A DNA stretch of 64,000 nucleotides, taken from NCBI GenBank assembly GCA_964016885.1, contig OZ024742.1, forward strand, positions 127,038,001-127,102,000, in the 5' to 3' direction. The notes under the pieces are model-generated. The model saw only the letters and a program-made list of their open reading frames with translations. It was not told the DNA's origin and did not search any database. Of this stretch, positions 41,509 to 55,886 are shown piece by piece. The DNA comes from Eledone cirrhosa (Eukaryota). Within the stretch, counting starts at the first letter, position 1; every line of letters starts with the position of its first letter. The translations under genes were made by a program, and so were the position numbers.

Positions 41509-41513
41509 GCGTA

Positions 41514-41579
<66 letters not shown>

Positions 41580-42404
41580 CGTGTGTGTGTGTGCGTGTGT
41601 GCTGCTTGTCTATTCATCTCTCTACCTATCTATCTATCCAACCCTCTATCTGTCTGTCTGTTTTCTGTCTATCAGTGCCTCTCTGTCTCTTCGAAATCCC
41701 CGTGTTATTCGGCAACAATAGAATGACATGAGAACTTCAGCTAGTAACAATTGAGCAACAAACGACATAACTCGGTTGGTAAATAACTTAACACAACGGG
41801 GATTTCAAGTTTTCAGTCTCAAGTCACATCTGAAATGTCAACCAGTCACTCAGATAGGTAACTGCTGCTCTTATAGGTGGCTATATGAATAGATGTATGT
41901 TGTGTGTGTAAGGGTATAAGTAGGTAGCTAGCTGTTTTGATCTATACACATATAGTCAAACGTTTAACAGAGTGCATAAATGTGCGTATAAATATACACA
42001 TTGATTATATAAATAGACGCATGGCCTAGTGGTAAGGTATTGGACTTACGATCATAATGCCGCGGGTTCGATTCCTGGTCTGATTTGCGTGTTGTGTTCT
42101 TGAGCAAAGCCGTTCATTTCACGTGTTGAATGGATAACTCACCGTTGAGTTAACCACTTGACGTTGAAACGGCGTGAAATCACGACTTTAACTTTTCATT
42201 ATAGGTATAATATATATATATATAATGGACATCCAAAGTAAAAACATACATTTTTTTTAAAGTCCGCTCCCTTCCACCCATAATTGCCTCGGAAATGTTA
42301 CCTTTTACTCAATTTTGCTGTCTGAAGGAATCACGATATCTATCGTCATAGAAATATATATAACGGCTCAATTAATTAAATACTCTAACATCTACAATTT
42401 TCCT

Positions 42405-42457
<53 letters not shown>

Positions 42458-42863
42458 GATTGGTGCTCTGAAATAGCGATGTATACATGAATGTATGTAT
42501 AGTATATTTGGCAATATACCGTATGTATAATTAAAAACATTTTGAAGACCTTGCGCTATCATTTTTAAAGTAGTGACTATGTCACTTACTTCTTTTTTCG
42601 GCAATGGAAGGGAGAGAAGCTGACAGATTCTGCTTCACGCTGTTGGTGATCTTCAGATCAACGTACTCCCCGCCTTTACCAAAAATTATAGAGGCTGGAT
42701 TCTTATAGAATTCCAGTAATAATCAGGAACTGATTATACAGAGCGATTACCGGTCCAGCAAAAATTAAAAATTAGGATTGGTGCTCTGAAATAGCGATGT
42801 ATACATGAATGTATGTATAGTATATTTGGTAATATACAGTATGTTTAATTAAAAGGGGAGTAC

Positions 42864-42907
42864 GATGCTCTGAGGATCGCTAGCGTGAAACAGAATCTGT
42901 CAACTTC
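42864..42907 (+). ncRNA. HHR family F
   Basis: GCT-CTGAGGA-TCGC(TA)GCGT-GAAACAG-AAT-CTGTC/AAC; inverted copy at 42617-42662 has CTGAAGA and 3' AGC, giving a consensus stem I GCT/AGC. Confidence 0.7.
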
Positions 42908-43031
42908 TCTCCCTTCTTTTGCCGAAAAAAGAAGTAAGTGACATAGTCACTACTTTAAAAATAATAGCGCATGGTCTTCAAAATGTTTTTAATTAAACAT
43001 ACGGTATATTGCCAAATATACTATACATACA

Positions 43032-43066
<35 letters not shown>

Positions 43067-43080
43067 GTGTGTGTGTGTGT

Positions 43081-43118
<38 letters not shown>

Positions 43119-43130
43119 GTGTGTGTGTGT

Positions 43131-43194
<64 letters not shown>

Positions 43195-43196
<2 letters not shown>

Positions 43197-43482
43197 ATTA
43201 ATAAAAACAATGAATAAAAACAAAGAAATTATATTAAAAAATTCATCATTTTACGATCGTTTCTAGGATATATATGTATGTGTTGGTATGTATATCATAT
43301 AGATCTATGTAAAAATGTAGGTATGTATATTCCCTCTGATAGTTTGTAAAACTTTTACATAGATGTATATGATATACATACCAACACACACACATATATA
43401 TCCTAGAAACGATCGTAAAATGATGAATTTTTTAAGATAAGGAACTGTTTCTTTGTTTTTATTCATTGTTTTTATTAATTTA
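43195..43482. repeat. Fold-back with HHR stem III motif GAAAC-GATC-GTA (also at 31560)
   Basis: Inverted arms around about 43335. Confidence 0.75.
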
Positions 43483-43634
43483 TCTTGACTCTGTTTTCCT
43501 GTGTTTTTCATCGAAAAAATTTTGAATACATCTTCTCTTTTCATGATATTTGGATTACATTGAGTTCTTCATACGGATTGGACACTACCGTACATTTTGG
43601 TAGATTTATCTACATATATATATATATTTATTAA

Positions 43635-43758
<124 letters not shown>

Positions 43759-44121
43759 TTGTTGTTGTTGTTATTGACAAGGGTCACAGTTGCGTAGGTT
43801 TCGCCAGTGTACTAAAGAGTAGAAATGTAAGAGGCAAAGACGTTTCCAATATTCAAAGTCTCCGAGGGTGGTGAATTGGCAGTTTCGGTAGAGCGTCAGA
43901 CAACATGCTTTAGGGCATTGGGTTACACTCGGGTTAGTTTTGCCATTCATCATTATGGGATCAATAAATAAAGTACCATTAATGTACTGGGGGTTGATTT
44001 AATGGTTTTCTCCTGCGCCAAAATTGTTGGCCTTGTGCCTAAATCAGAAATCAGAAACTAAAATCTCCACCATTGCTTCTTTCCTGGTGTCTCCATTTCG
44101 TACATACAGTCAAATACCTGT

Positions 44122-44229
<108 letters not shown>

Positions 44230-44303
44230 GAATTTTATTTATCGCTCTAGCACAGCAGATACATAAAATGTAAGTATGCATGCGTACACACACACACACA
44301 CAT

Positions 44304-44348
<45 letters not shown>

Positions 44349-44617
44349 AATATATGCATATACATATGTACGTATGGGTTATATTGAACATTAATAACAA
44401 TATTCGATTCGTTTGAAAACAAACGGCCCAATTAAAGCTGTACCGTGCCGATTACCAATCGTCATCCGTTTGTTCCAGACTGACATCAAGGAACAATCAA
44501 CATGTTCCTGGACCATTACCCTTCCTCAGGACTGTTTATCTCTCTGCCTATCTATTGATCGGTTGAAAATATATTGGATTTTCTAAACTACAGATCGGCT
44601 GAGTTACGGATGGCCTT

Positions 44618-44650
<33 letters not shown>

Positions 44651-44655
<5 letters not shown>

Positions 44656-45208
44656 TAAAATATGTCTATAGAATCACCAGATAAAATATATACCATTTCC
44701 TCTCCCAATTAGCATAATTAACTATATAAAAAATCGAATAGACCAGGCTATAAGAATAAGGCTTCTATGAAGAAATCTCCAACAAATAACCGAAACTAGC
44801 CCTTCGCGTCGGCTACGACGGAATATTTATCGAATATTTCGACAGCGTAATCGCCCAGATACAGTCAATTAAACAGAATTAGGTGTAAAATAAACTAGGA
44901 GAAAAGAGAATGCGGACGAAACCATGGTAGAGGTAAATAAATGTATTCTCTTTTCTCCTAGTTTATTTTACACCTAATTCTGTTTAATTGACTGTATCTG
45001 GGCGATTACGCTGTCGAAATATTCGATAAATATTCCGTCGTAGCCGACGCGAAGGGCTAGTTTCGGTTATTTGTTGGAGATTTCTTCATAGAAGCCTTAT
45101 TCTTATAGCCTGGTCTATTCGATTTTTTATATAGTTAATTATGCTAATTGGGAGAGGAAATGGTATATATTTTATCTGGTGATTCTATAGACATGTTTTA
45201 TGATATAT
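44651..45208. repeat. Near-perfect inverted repeat, arms about 260 bp; loop holds HHR 3' half GAAAC-CATG-GTA + AATAAA (family D)
   Basis: Arms 44651-44911/44945-45205, one mismatch noticed; follows (TA)n. Confidence 0.9.
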
Positions 45209-45279
45209 AGCTCTGATTATTTAATTTATTAACTTTTCATTGAGCCACAAAGTGACCCGTTGCAAAACACGTATATGTA

Positions 45280-45675
<396 letters not shown>

Positions 45676-45721
45676 ACGTGTTCCTTACCACACTTCCTTC
45701 GTTATATATATATATATATAT

Positions 45722-46810
45722 AAGTAGAAGCTTAGTAAAATCGAAGCTTTGGCTGTGGCCAGCAAAGTCAACCTACAATAGGAATGAGTTAGCAAAGCAC
45801 TCAGTAAGGTAGGTCCTTAGAGTAATAACATACGTTTAAATAGCTTGACAAATTGAACATTGCGGTAGGCAAAACCCAACCATACAATACGAAAGTAACG
45901 AAAGAACTAACAGGTTAAAATACAGACCTGGACAAATCAAACGATATACGTCTGAGGTGTTTCCATGAATCCGAAATCATTTATCCAACTTACGTAACAC
46001 GCAAGCTTGTGGTATTCCATGATCGAACAGAGGATTCATTTCATCAACAGGGATTCCGTTCTGCCTCAAACTGGTGTGAACAAATGCGACAGCTACAGAA
46101 GGCATCCTTCGAACATGTCGTTGTCACGTGTTATTTCCAACAAGGGATGCAACCCACGGTTTTGGGCGGGTAAATTCAAAGTGTTAACAAGGGAAATATA
46201 ATTTCCGCTCAAACATTCCGAATAAAAGTTCTCAACCAGATGTTTTTAAACAAACACAAATAATTAACCAATCAGCAGAATTGTCTAACTAAATTAATTA
46301 GTTAATTATTAAATCTAGGAGAAAATAATACAAGTGGAAGCTTAGTAAAATCGAAGCTTTGGCTGTGGGCAAGCAAAGTCGACCTACAATAGGAATGAGT
46401 TAGCAAAGCACTCAATAACATACGTTTAAATAGCTTGGCAAATATATATATGTATGGAGTGGGTAGCAAAAGTAAATGTAAATGAAGCGAAGTGGCATGT
46501 TGCGAAGTTGAATGTAGTTGAATGGATGTAGGGATGGATGATTTGGCTTGTATTTATTGTTGTTCATTTGTAGTAGTGATTGGTGTGGACTTGTTGGGTA
46601 ATTATGCGTCAGGTAAAAGTTGTCCCATATATAAGAGCTGTGGAGAAAATGGCGAGGAATGAAGAAGCAAAACATGGTCGCTACATAAAGAGATTTTATT
46701 AAGAAAATAGCTTATCTCATTTAACCTTAAATTTGCCAGTCTCTCCAGACCACTGGCGCCAACCCGAAATATACAGAAACAACTCAAGGTCAAGGTTTTG
46801 TTAGCCGCTT
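45722..46810 (-). mobile_element. Unclassified element with duplicated tail of about 110-125 bp (45722-45850, 46332-46442), probably PLE-related
   Basis: Direct repeat; TA flanks; minus-strand TACCCACTC...TATTGAGTGC motif. Confidence 0.45.
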
Positions 46811-46900
46811 AATATAAATATATATATGAAGCGTAAAACTAATAATATATTTTTTCATTTTACTGTGTCGTTTGCTTTGTTATTTGTTCTGTTTGCCTTT

Positions 46901-46936
<36 letters not shown>

Positions 46937-47437
46937 AAACACTTGGCCAACAGTTTGAGAAGAGAAGAAGGACAAATTGATTACTTCTACCTCGGTATGT
47001 GACTGGTCCTTTATTTTATCGATGTCGGAAGATTGAATGGCAAATTTGAAACCAAACAGCAGTGGGCCATAAGGAAATACTTGCATTGCATTTCGTCCTA
47101 TTCCTAATACATATCTACACACCTATATACACAAGCTTATTTTTACTTCCATACAGGCACATACAAACACAGAAACACCTGCAAACACACAGTCACACAT
47201 AAACGAATGTGTACACACTTTGTTTCCTTTCATATATACACATTTTAATTGTTACTAAATACGCACATACTTTTCAACCTTACATGCACACATACACACC
47301 TGTCTGAGTAATCACACTGTAACGTACCTTGTATCTTATATACACATATTCAAATGTACTTGCGCACACAGACGCACGTATGAATATTTACCAAACTCAT
47401 TTTCGCACATATGCACATAAACACTCAAACGTACATG

Positions 47438-47745
47438 CACATAGCCACACTAACAAGACAAACACATAGCCACACTAACATGACATACACATAGCCACAC
47501 TAACAAGACATATATATAGCTACACGAACAAGACATATATATAGCTACACTAACAAGACATATATATATAGCTACACTAACAAGACATACACATAGCTAC
47601 ACTATCAGGAACATATATATAGCTACACTAACAAGACACACACATAGACACACTAACAAGACATACATATAGTCACACTAACAAGACATACATATAGTCA
47701 CACTAACAAGCCGCACTAACAAGACATATACGTACAGACAAGCAT
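47438..47745. repeat. 24-bp minisatellite (CATAGCTACACTAACAAGACATAC)
   Basis: Visible tandem units. Confidence 0.9.
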
Positions 47746-47839
47746 ATTGTGCTACGATGAAAAGCGCCATTGTTATGGTAGATAAATGACTTATTGTTGA
47801 ATACAATTGTTAGAAAAAAAGTCGTCAGCATCTTTGAAA

Positions 47840-48172
47840 ACTATACCCGGACTGTATACTCGACACTCGGATTATATACCAGCTAAACGGGCTATATGCC
47901 TGCTACCAGGGCTATACACACGTCACTCGGTCTCTATACTCGCCATCCGATCTATAAACCCACTAACCGGTATATACAGCCTCTGCCCAAACTATATACC
48001 CGTTACTCAGACTTTATACTCACCACACGGCCTATATACCCAGTAACTGGGCTATCCACTCTCTACTTAGGCTATATACCCGTAACTTGTGGTATATATA
48101 CCTGCCAGTCATGCTCTGTACTCGTCACCCAGTCTATATACCCACCGCCCGTACTATACAACCCCCACTCAA
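47840..48172. repeat. Degenerate 21-bp minisatellite (CTATATACCCGTCACTCGG)
   Basis: Periodic CTATATAC motif. Confidence 0.8.
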
Positions 48173-48551
48173 GCCACAAATGCGACTTCTGTTGCTTCAT
48201 TTAAATCGATGTAGCCAAACAATATGTTCTCATTGAACCGAGATGATGAAATTGTTTTGATTACCAATAATGACTTCATATTTTACAAAAGGATAATATA
48301 ATTACGTTTTATTTTTGTGGTTGTTATTTTTGTTGCTGTTGTTGCTGTTGTTGCTGTTGCTCTTATAGTTGTGTTTATTGCTATTTTGTTGTTGTCATTG
48401 CTGTTATTATTGTTGTTGTTGGTGGTGTTGCTGCAGCTGCAGCTGTTGTTGTTGTTGCTATATAACCTCTGATCGAGAAGACCTATCATCAAAAGTATTC
48501 CAGTTGTGATTTCTTAGATATAATGTATATAAGACTGTATTAATCAATGTC

Positions 48552-48628
<77 letters not shown>

Positions 48629-48833
48629 TCTCTCTCTCTCTCGAGGACATTAGTGTGTAATTTGTGGAAAATTTAAACTGAATTGTTCAATTTCACTTCT
48701 CTCCCTTCTCTCTCTCTCTATTCTCTCTTTCCCTCATCTCTTACTCTCTCAAAGTCATTACCTTGTAAATTGTGGAAAATTTAAATTGTGTTGTCCTATT
48801 TTACTCTGCCTCCTCCCCCCCCCCCTTCTCTCA

Positions 48834-48912
<79 letters not shown>

Positions 48913-51474
48913 GTATTAGGATGTACTTTGAGGGAGATATAGCTTGTTGGCACGCAATATTACTTGATGGCGAGAGCGAGATTGTCGATCTAATTGTACT
49001 ACAATATATCATTAGTTGCTATATTTTATTGATGCTGTTCGACGAGACAAGGCCTTTGGTTGATCATTTCATGTGATAGACGAGGACATCTCAAGCACAA
49101 CTTCACGGCAACAGTCTTTGTTTCCCACAAGGTTTGTAGGACTTCCTTGTCAATTCCAAAGGTCGGAAACCATCTCATCTTTTGAATAAAGGGCTCCATA
49201 CAGCTTCTAGAATCAAAATAATATCAATTATTAATAATTAATGGTGACTGTTTACTTCAAGGTTTCATATATATTGGCTTCTCGGAACATTTTATTAATG
49301 AATATTAAATACATGAATGGAATATGGTGATAAGTATTTCAGTGTTCCTGTCTATTAACTAAGTCTTTCTAAGTGTAGATATTTTCTATTTCGAGGGCGG
49401 TGAATTGGCAGAATCGTTAGAGTGCTAATAAAATACTTTACAGCATTTAGTTATCGCTCTTTATGTTCTGAATAGCATGCCTAATTTCAAAATTGCCTTG
49501 AATATTTTAGTAGTGCGGCTCACCATCCGATAAGTCATACCTTATGTGGCCCACCGTTTGAAAAGGTTTCCCATGCTTGATTTATATTTAAAAAAAAGCA
49601 TCTTCAACATCCTCAACACCACCATCGACCTCATCATCCTTATCGTCATCATCATCCTCATCATCATTGCCTTCTTAATTACTAACAATCATAAAGGCGG
49701 TGAATTGGCAGGATTGGTAGAGTGTCGTATAAAATGCAAGTACGATATTAATTTTGGCTCCTTACATTCTGAGTTCAAATCCCGCCGGGGTCAACTTCGC
49801 CTTTCATTCTTCCAGGGTCGATAGAATAAAGTACCAGTTAAGTACAAGGGTCGATACGATCGACTTGTCCCTCCTTACAAATTTATGTTCTTGTGACTGA
49901 ATTAGAATTCAATAATTTTTCATTTCGAGCGCACTAGTGTTTGTCATGACTTTACTTTCTGAGTTCAAATCCTGCTTAGGTGAACTTTGACATTTTCCGA
50001 GGTCAATGTAATAAAATACCAGTCGAATACTGGGAAGGAGACCGTTATAATCGGTATTCCCTTCCCCTAAGTTGCTGTCCATAAAAATCACTATTTTCTA
50101 TTTCGTTTTGGGGTGTTGGCAAGAATTGTAAAAGTCGACTCTGGTGACGGTAGATTCTGAGTTCTAACATATATTCAAATATTGCAGCTAGTCTTCGAAG
50201 CCTACCTTCTCGTGATGGAGCCTGGTAACATCAGAGATGGTGGCCAACAGGGCAATGGTGAAGCTGCGACAAGCCTATCAACCCAGTGATGGATAATAAA
50301 CCTGCTAATAAAACAAAGAGACCATCTTATGGACGGACAAATCAAAATATGACCTGGTGTTGGATGAAGATAAGAGCATCTAAATATAATCGGGAATTTG
50401 ACCGTTCGTAACATGATCCCTAAATTATTTAATAGATTTGATAGTGTTTAGGTGTTTTGTAGGGGAAGGTGGAGCGGGGGTCTTTCTTTTTTTTTTTCGA
50501 ATTTATTCTGATGACTTGTTTAACGGTCAAGCAACATTCTCTCGTGATTCTACCATCACAAATTCGATAAATATGGTGAAGTTTATATCTGGTTGGTGAA
50601 GACAAAAATATGACCATAACATGTCTGGGGTTGTCTCCCGTACTTGATGATATAACTGAACAATTATAGTAATTAACTGATACATTTTTTCCTTCAATGT
50701 ATAATTATTTCTAGTTAACTTTGTAACGCATTGGGCATTAAATTAGGTTAACATTAAGTTAATTTTATAACATCCTGGCTTGGCTGGGGCATTGTAAACC
50801 TGGTTGACCCTATCCATCTTCATATAGGAACCTGTCGATTTATTCCAGAGAAATAGAGAAAGAATTGCGAAATGCGTATAGAGGAAAAATTGACCATAAT
50901 ATTGAACTAGTGTTTTATTTATTGACCACGAAAGGGAATGAGACAGAGTTGACCTCTCTCAGTGGTTAAGAATTCGACGTTCTAACGACTTTACTAATTC
51001 GCTGCCTTGTTGAGTATAATTGATCTTTGTAAATAGTTACGTATTAATACGTTAAAAAAAGATAGCGGTATAATCTTCCAGTATTTCAGAAGCAGTGGTC
51101 CTTAGAAAATCTATCTAGTTTGACATTCAAATAGGCTGCAGATTTGTTGAAGTTTCGAATATAAGATTGGTTTGGCTGTGCATAGCTCGCGTGCTTTTAT
51201 ATCATTTCTTTATTGTATACATATTTCGGTGATATTCCACTTGATGTCAAATGCAGCAGCATAAACTTTCAAGGTCCAAACCTAAAAGATTTTATTTTGC
51301 ATTCCCTTTTTATATTTCTGGATTTAGAATGTGATTGTAACTAAACGCATGGTCTGGAAATATTTCTAATCTGATTATGATCTCATTAATACACATACAC
51401 AAGAATTAATGATATAGAACCTTCTGAATCATAATTCTGTCATACATGTCCATATATATATATATATATATATA

Positions 51475-52381
<907 letters not shown>

Positions 52382-52534
52382 CGGTTTCAACACACGTTTT
52401 CAGATAAAGAATTTTGCTAAACAAATTCAGAAACGAAATATATAAATATATATATATATTGTTACCCGGAGATTTACCCATTTGCATTGTCGAGGCTTCC
52501 AAACGACTTAAAGATATTTACTTATTGTTCCACA

Positions 52535-55160
52535 ATGCTTCAAGCAAACTTCAATACTCTCTTATCCTTACACCTGAGCCAGGAATTGTTTGCATCCGTA
52601 AGGGAACTGTTTAGACTGTCGGAGAAATGGGCCAACGCTGGCTGCCAAATTATTTTCCTGAAACGCTGCCTAAAAAACGATGTCATCCCCAACACCATCA
52701 AGAACATCCGCTCACCAGTAAGCCTACGTACACCAGCCTTCCAAAACACCACTAACCGCATACATCGCACGTGTATTAAACAGATCCTGAGACATCTCAA
52801 CCGCCAATTACACGTCCATAAGCGGACACTCTCAGAGCGGACACATCGACTGCCAATAGCACCCGGAGACTTGCTCCTAAATATCACTAAAGCAATCGAC
52901 CAGTGCTACCACTCCAGAGTCCAATACGAGAAAAAACGGCTCAAGTGAAAATATGAGTGGATCTTGTCGAAACGCCACAACGAGAACATCGACACTAACG
53001 AACAGACGGACCAGAACCACGTGGAAAACAACAACTTAACAACCGCCACCGCCGCAACCACCAACACCGAGCCATACCTCAACGATGCGACGCACCTGGT
53101 CACCGACCTAACCGGCACTCTCACGAGCGACGAGCTGAAACTCCTACACCTCGGACCTAAGTTCATCGTCACACAACGTCTCAACGACAGACTCAAACTC
53201 AACATCGAGGCCAACATGTGTCGAGCCGCTTACCAACTTAAATGGGTGATCGCTATCAACAGCGCCACAGATAATAACAGCGCCGACACAACCCACCCCA
53301 AGTTCCCCACTTACCACCCCGACAACCCACTCTACCCCCCCACCCACCAACCACGAACTCGACACTAAACTCATCAGGCTAAAACACTCCATCTCGGATA
53401 TACTTCACAAACACACACACACACGCACAACACATAACCTCACCAAATCTCAACTCACCACTCTCTCCAACCTAAAATCGAAGAACCTCATCTATCTCCC
53501 CTCCGACAAGGGAAAAGAATTCTGTGTCATCAGCAGAGAGGCCTACAACACCCTGGCCCTCCAACACCTTGACGATGACAACCTCTACTCCAAGGTCACG
53601 GGAATCACTCCCGCGCAGATAGAAGAACACATCAACTCCGCCTGTACCAACATCTGCGACCGGCGGAAGCTCCCGAAGAAGCTGAGATACAACCTCCTCA
53701 TGAGGAACAGCAGACTACCCGCCTTCTACCACCTCGTGAAAACACACAAACAGGGACCCGACCTGAAAATCAGGCCCATCGTATCGAGCGTGGAGGGACC
53801 ACTCTACAAAATTTCATGGCTCCTAGCCAGAATACTCAAACCCATCTTAGACACCTTGCCGGGACACGTTAACAGCTCCGAGGAGGTGTTGAAGCGCCTG
53901 CATCAAATGGATCCCGACACCAGAAGGAATAACAGATATGCCTTCAGCCTTGATGTAGTCGCTCTCTACACCTCGGTCCCGGCACTCCCGGCCGTCAATA
54001 TACTAATGGAACGCGTCCAATCCACCGACCTACACTGCTTCGGGCTCACCACCACTGACATCCACCAACTCCTATCCATCGTCGTCGACAACACCTACTT
54101 CGGATTCCTTGACCAAATATACCAACAAACCTCGGGATTGCCCATGAGATCAAGCCTATCAGGTGTGCTAGTGATCTCCTACATGGACAACCTCGAACGC
54201 AAGGCACTCAACGCCTGCCACCCCAACGCCGTAGCCTTTTTCTCAAGATACGTGTACGATATCCTCATCCTCACATCTTCCCAAGACACGGCGAACAGAA
54301 TCTATGAGACGTTCAACAACACGGACGAGAACATTGACTTCAGTGTTGAACACCCCAACGAAGACGGGTCACTTGCCCTCCTCGACTTCCGAATCAACAT
54401 CACGGAACAAGGAGGGATCCACTGCAACTTCTACAGAAAGGCAGCCTGTAGGGACCTATTCGTTCACTACAAGTCCGCCCTCCCTAACAGTGCCAAAAGA
54501 GGATACATCACGAACGAGATCGCGCGAATCAAAAACAGATGCAGCGATCCCGCGAGTGGTGTCACTCATACCAAGCGATTCCTCGAGGTGCTGGAGACGA
54601 ACGGGTACCCTACCTCGATCACAGACAGAATAGGAGACACCAGACGCAAGAGACAGAGAAGCACCCAAGGCAAGTGCTTCCTTAAAATGCCACACCTGGG
54701 CGAGAAAACCACCAACGCTATCCGCAAGGCTATACGGAGGGAGGGCCTCGACATCCACCTGGCCCACTCGGGCCCCTCCCTGCGAAGATGCCTCTCCAGG
54801 AAACCCGAAAAATCTACTGACGCATGCTCCCTCAGAGACTGCCCAATACGCCATGCTAACTGTTGCCTATGCACATACGTCGTGTATAAGATAGAATGTG
54901 ACAGGTGCAACCAATACTACATAGGTAGCACAATCCCACCTTTGCACATCCGGATCAAGGAACACACTAAAACCAGGGCCTCGTCTTTCCGGAAACACAT
55001 AGACAAATGTGGAAACAAAGACGGAAGGCCCATTGTCACAATTCTAGCGACTGAAAGAAACGTCGGCACGTTACGTATCAAGGAAGCGCTTTTTATCAAA
55101 CGACTGCAACCGCAAATAAACAACCGATCAGAGAGAAGCGAAATGAAATGGCTGGTTTAA
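52535..55160 (+). pseudogene. PLE reverse transcriptase / GIY-YIG endonuclease ORF, disrupted
   Basis: LGPKF, PSDKG, FYHLVKTHK..IRPIVS, SLDVVALYTSV, YQQTSGLPM(R)S, RYV(Y)D, VVYKIECDRC..YYIGST..RIKEH, EALFI..PQIN; TGA at 52946, frameshift near 53340, catalytic YVDD reads YVYD. Confidence 0.93.
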
Positions 55161-55580
55161 GTTAACAAGCGATGCAACAACACACAACACACGCACACAC
55201 ACACACACACACACACGCAAACGAGACAACTACACACACACACACGCACACACACACAGTAGCATTCCACCATACGAACATACTACACTGCCAATACAGA
55301 TGAACAAGGCAACAGCACACACACACACACACACACACTCAAACGAGACAACAACACACGCACACACACACACACAGTAACATTTAACAAACTGGCAGAG
55401 AATGGACTGACAGCTAGCGCCATCCCACTCCCTCATTCGGCCGCTGACCTCTGTACGACCGACCCCATTTCACTCGCACGTGCGCTCTGCCGAATACCTC
55501 AGATATTCAAAACAACAAACAGCGAAAGACGCGTTCCGGACTTGTCCGACAGACAACCTTTTCCCCCACCCCGGAAAAAA

Positions 55581-55618
55581 ACCCCAGTTGATGGATGTGA
55601 ATCCGAAATGTATAGGGT
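55581..55618 (+). ncRNA. HHR-shaped motif with non-canonical core CAGUUGA in the PLE 3' pLTR
   Basis: ACCC-CAGTTGA-T-GGAT(GTGA)ATCC-GAAA-TGTA-TA/GGGT, then ATTAAA. Confidence 0.7.
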
Positions 55619-55886
55619 CTATTAAATCTCTCCCAAGGTAACTCTCTCTTGTGTTATTATTTTTATTTTTATCCTTTATACTCTTCCCTTCATTCTACAC
55701 ATCTCACACATCTTATACACACCACGCATCTCAACGTACACCCACTTACATCTCTCTCTCCACCACCGGACCTTGTTACCCGGAGATTTACCCATTTGCA
55801 TTGTCAAGGCTTCCAAACGACTTAAAGATATATATATATATATAATATACCGATATAAACAGAACTTAACTCTGATCTTAAGACCA

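Larger units (their letters stand above)
52459..55830 (+). mobile_element. Near full-length Penelope-like element (EN+, C-terminal GIY-YIG) in (TA)n
   Basis: Terminal direct repeat of about 58 bp (52459-52517 = 55773-55831, 1 mismatch), single long ORF, HHR-like motif in 3' pLTR, TA flanks. Confidence 0.95.

Noticed and set aside
45945-46055. Minus-strand CTGTTGA...ATGAATCC/GGATTCAT..GAAAC fold
   Set aside because: Stems I and III do not pair.
50507-50545. CTGATGA-CTTG..CAAG hammerhead
   Set aside because: GAAA is absent, and there is no stem I or stem III.
52946-52948. In-frame TGA as selenocysteine or readthrough in the PLE ORF
   Set aside because: The basic context (KKRLK*K) fits CGA-to-TGA decay; the copy also has a frameshift and a mutated YVDD; no SECIS recognised.
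55591-55790. pLTR intron joining ATG 55591 to the ORF frame (AAG|GTAACT donor)
   Set aside because: The only nearby acceptor I found (CCGGAG|AT) is out of phase with the donor.
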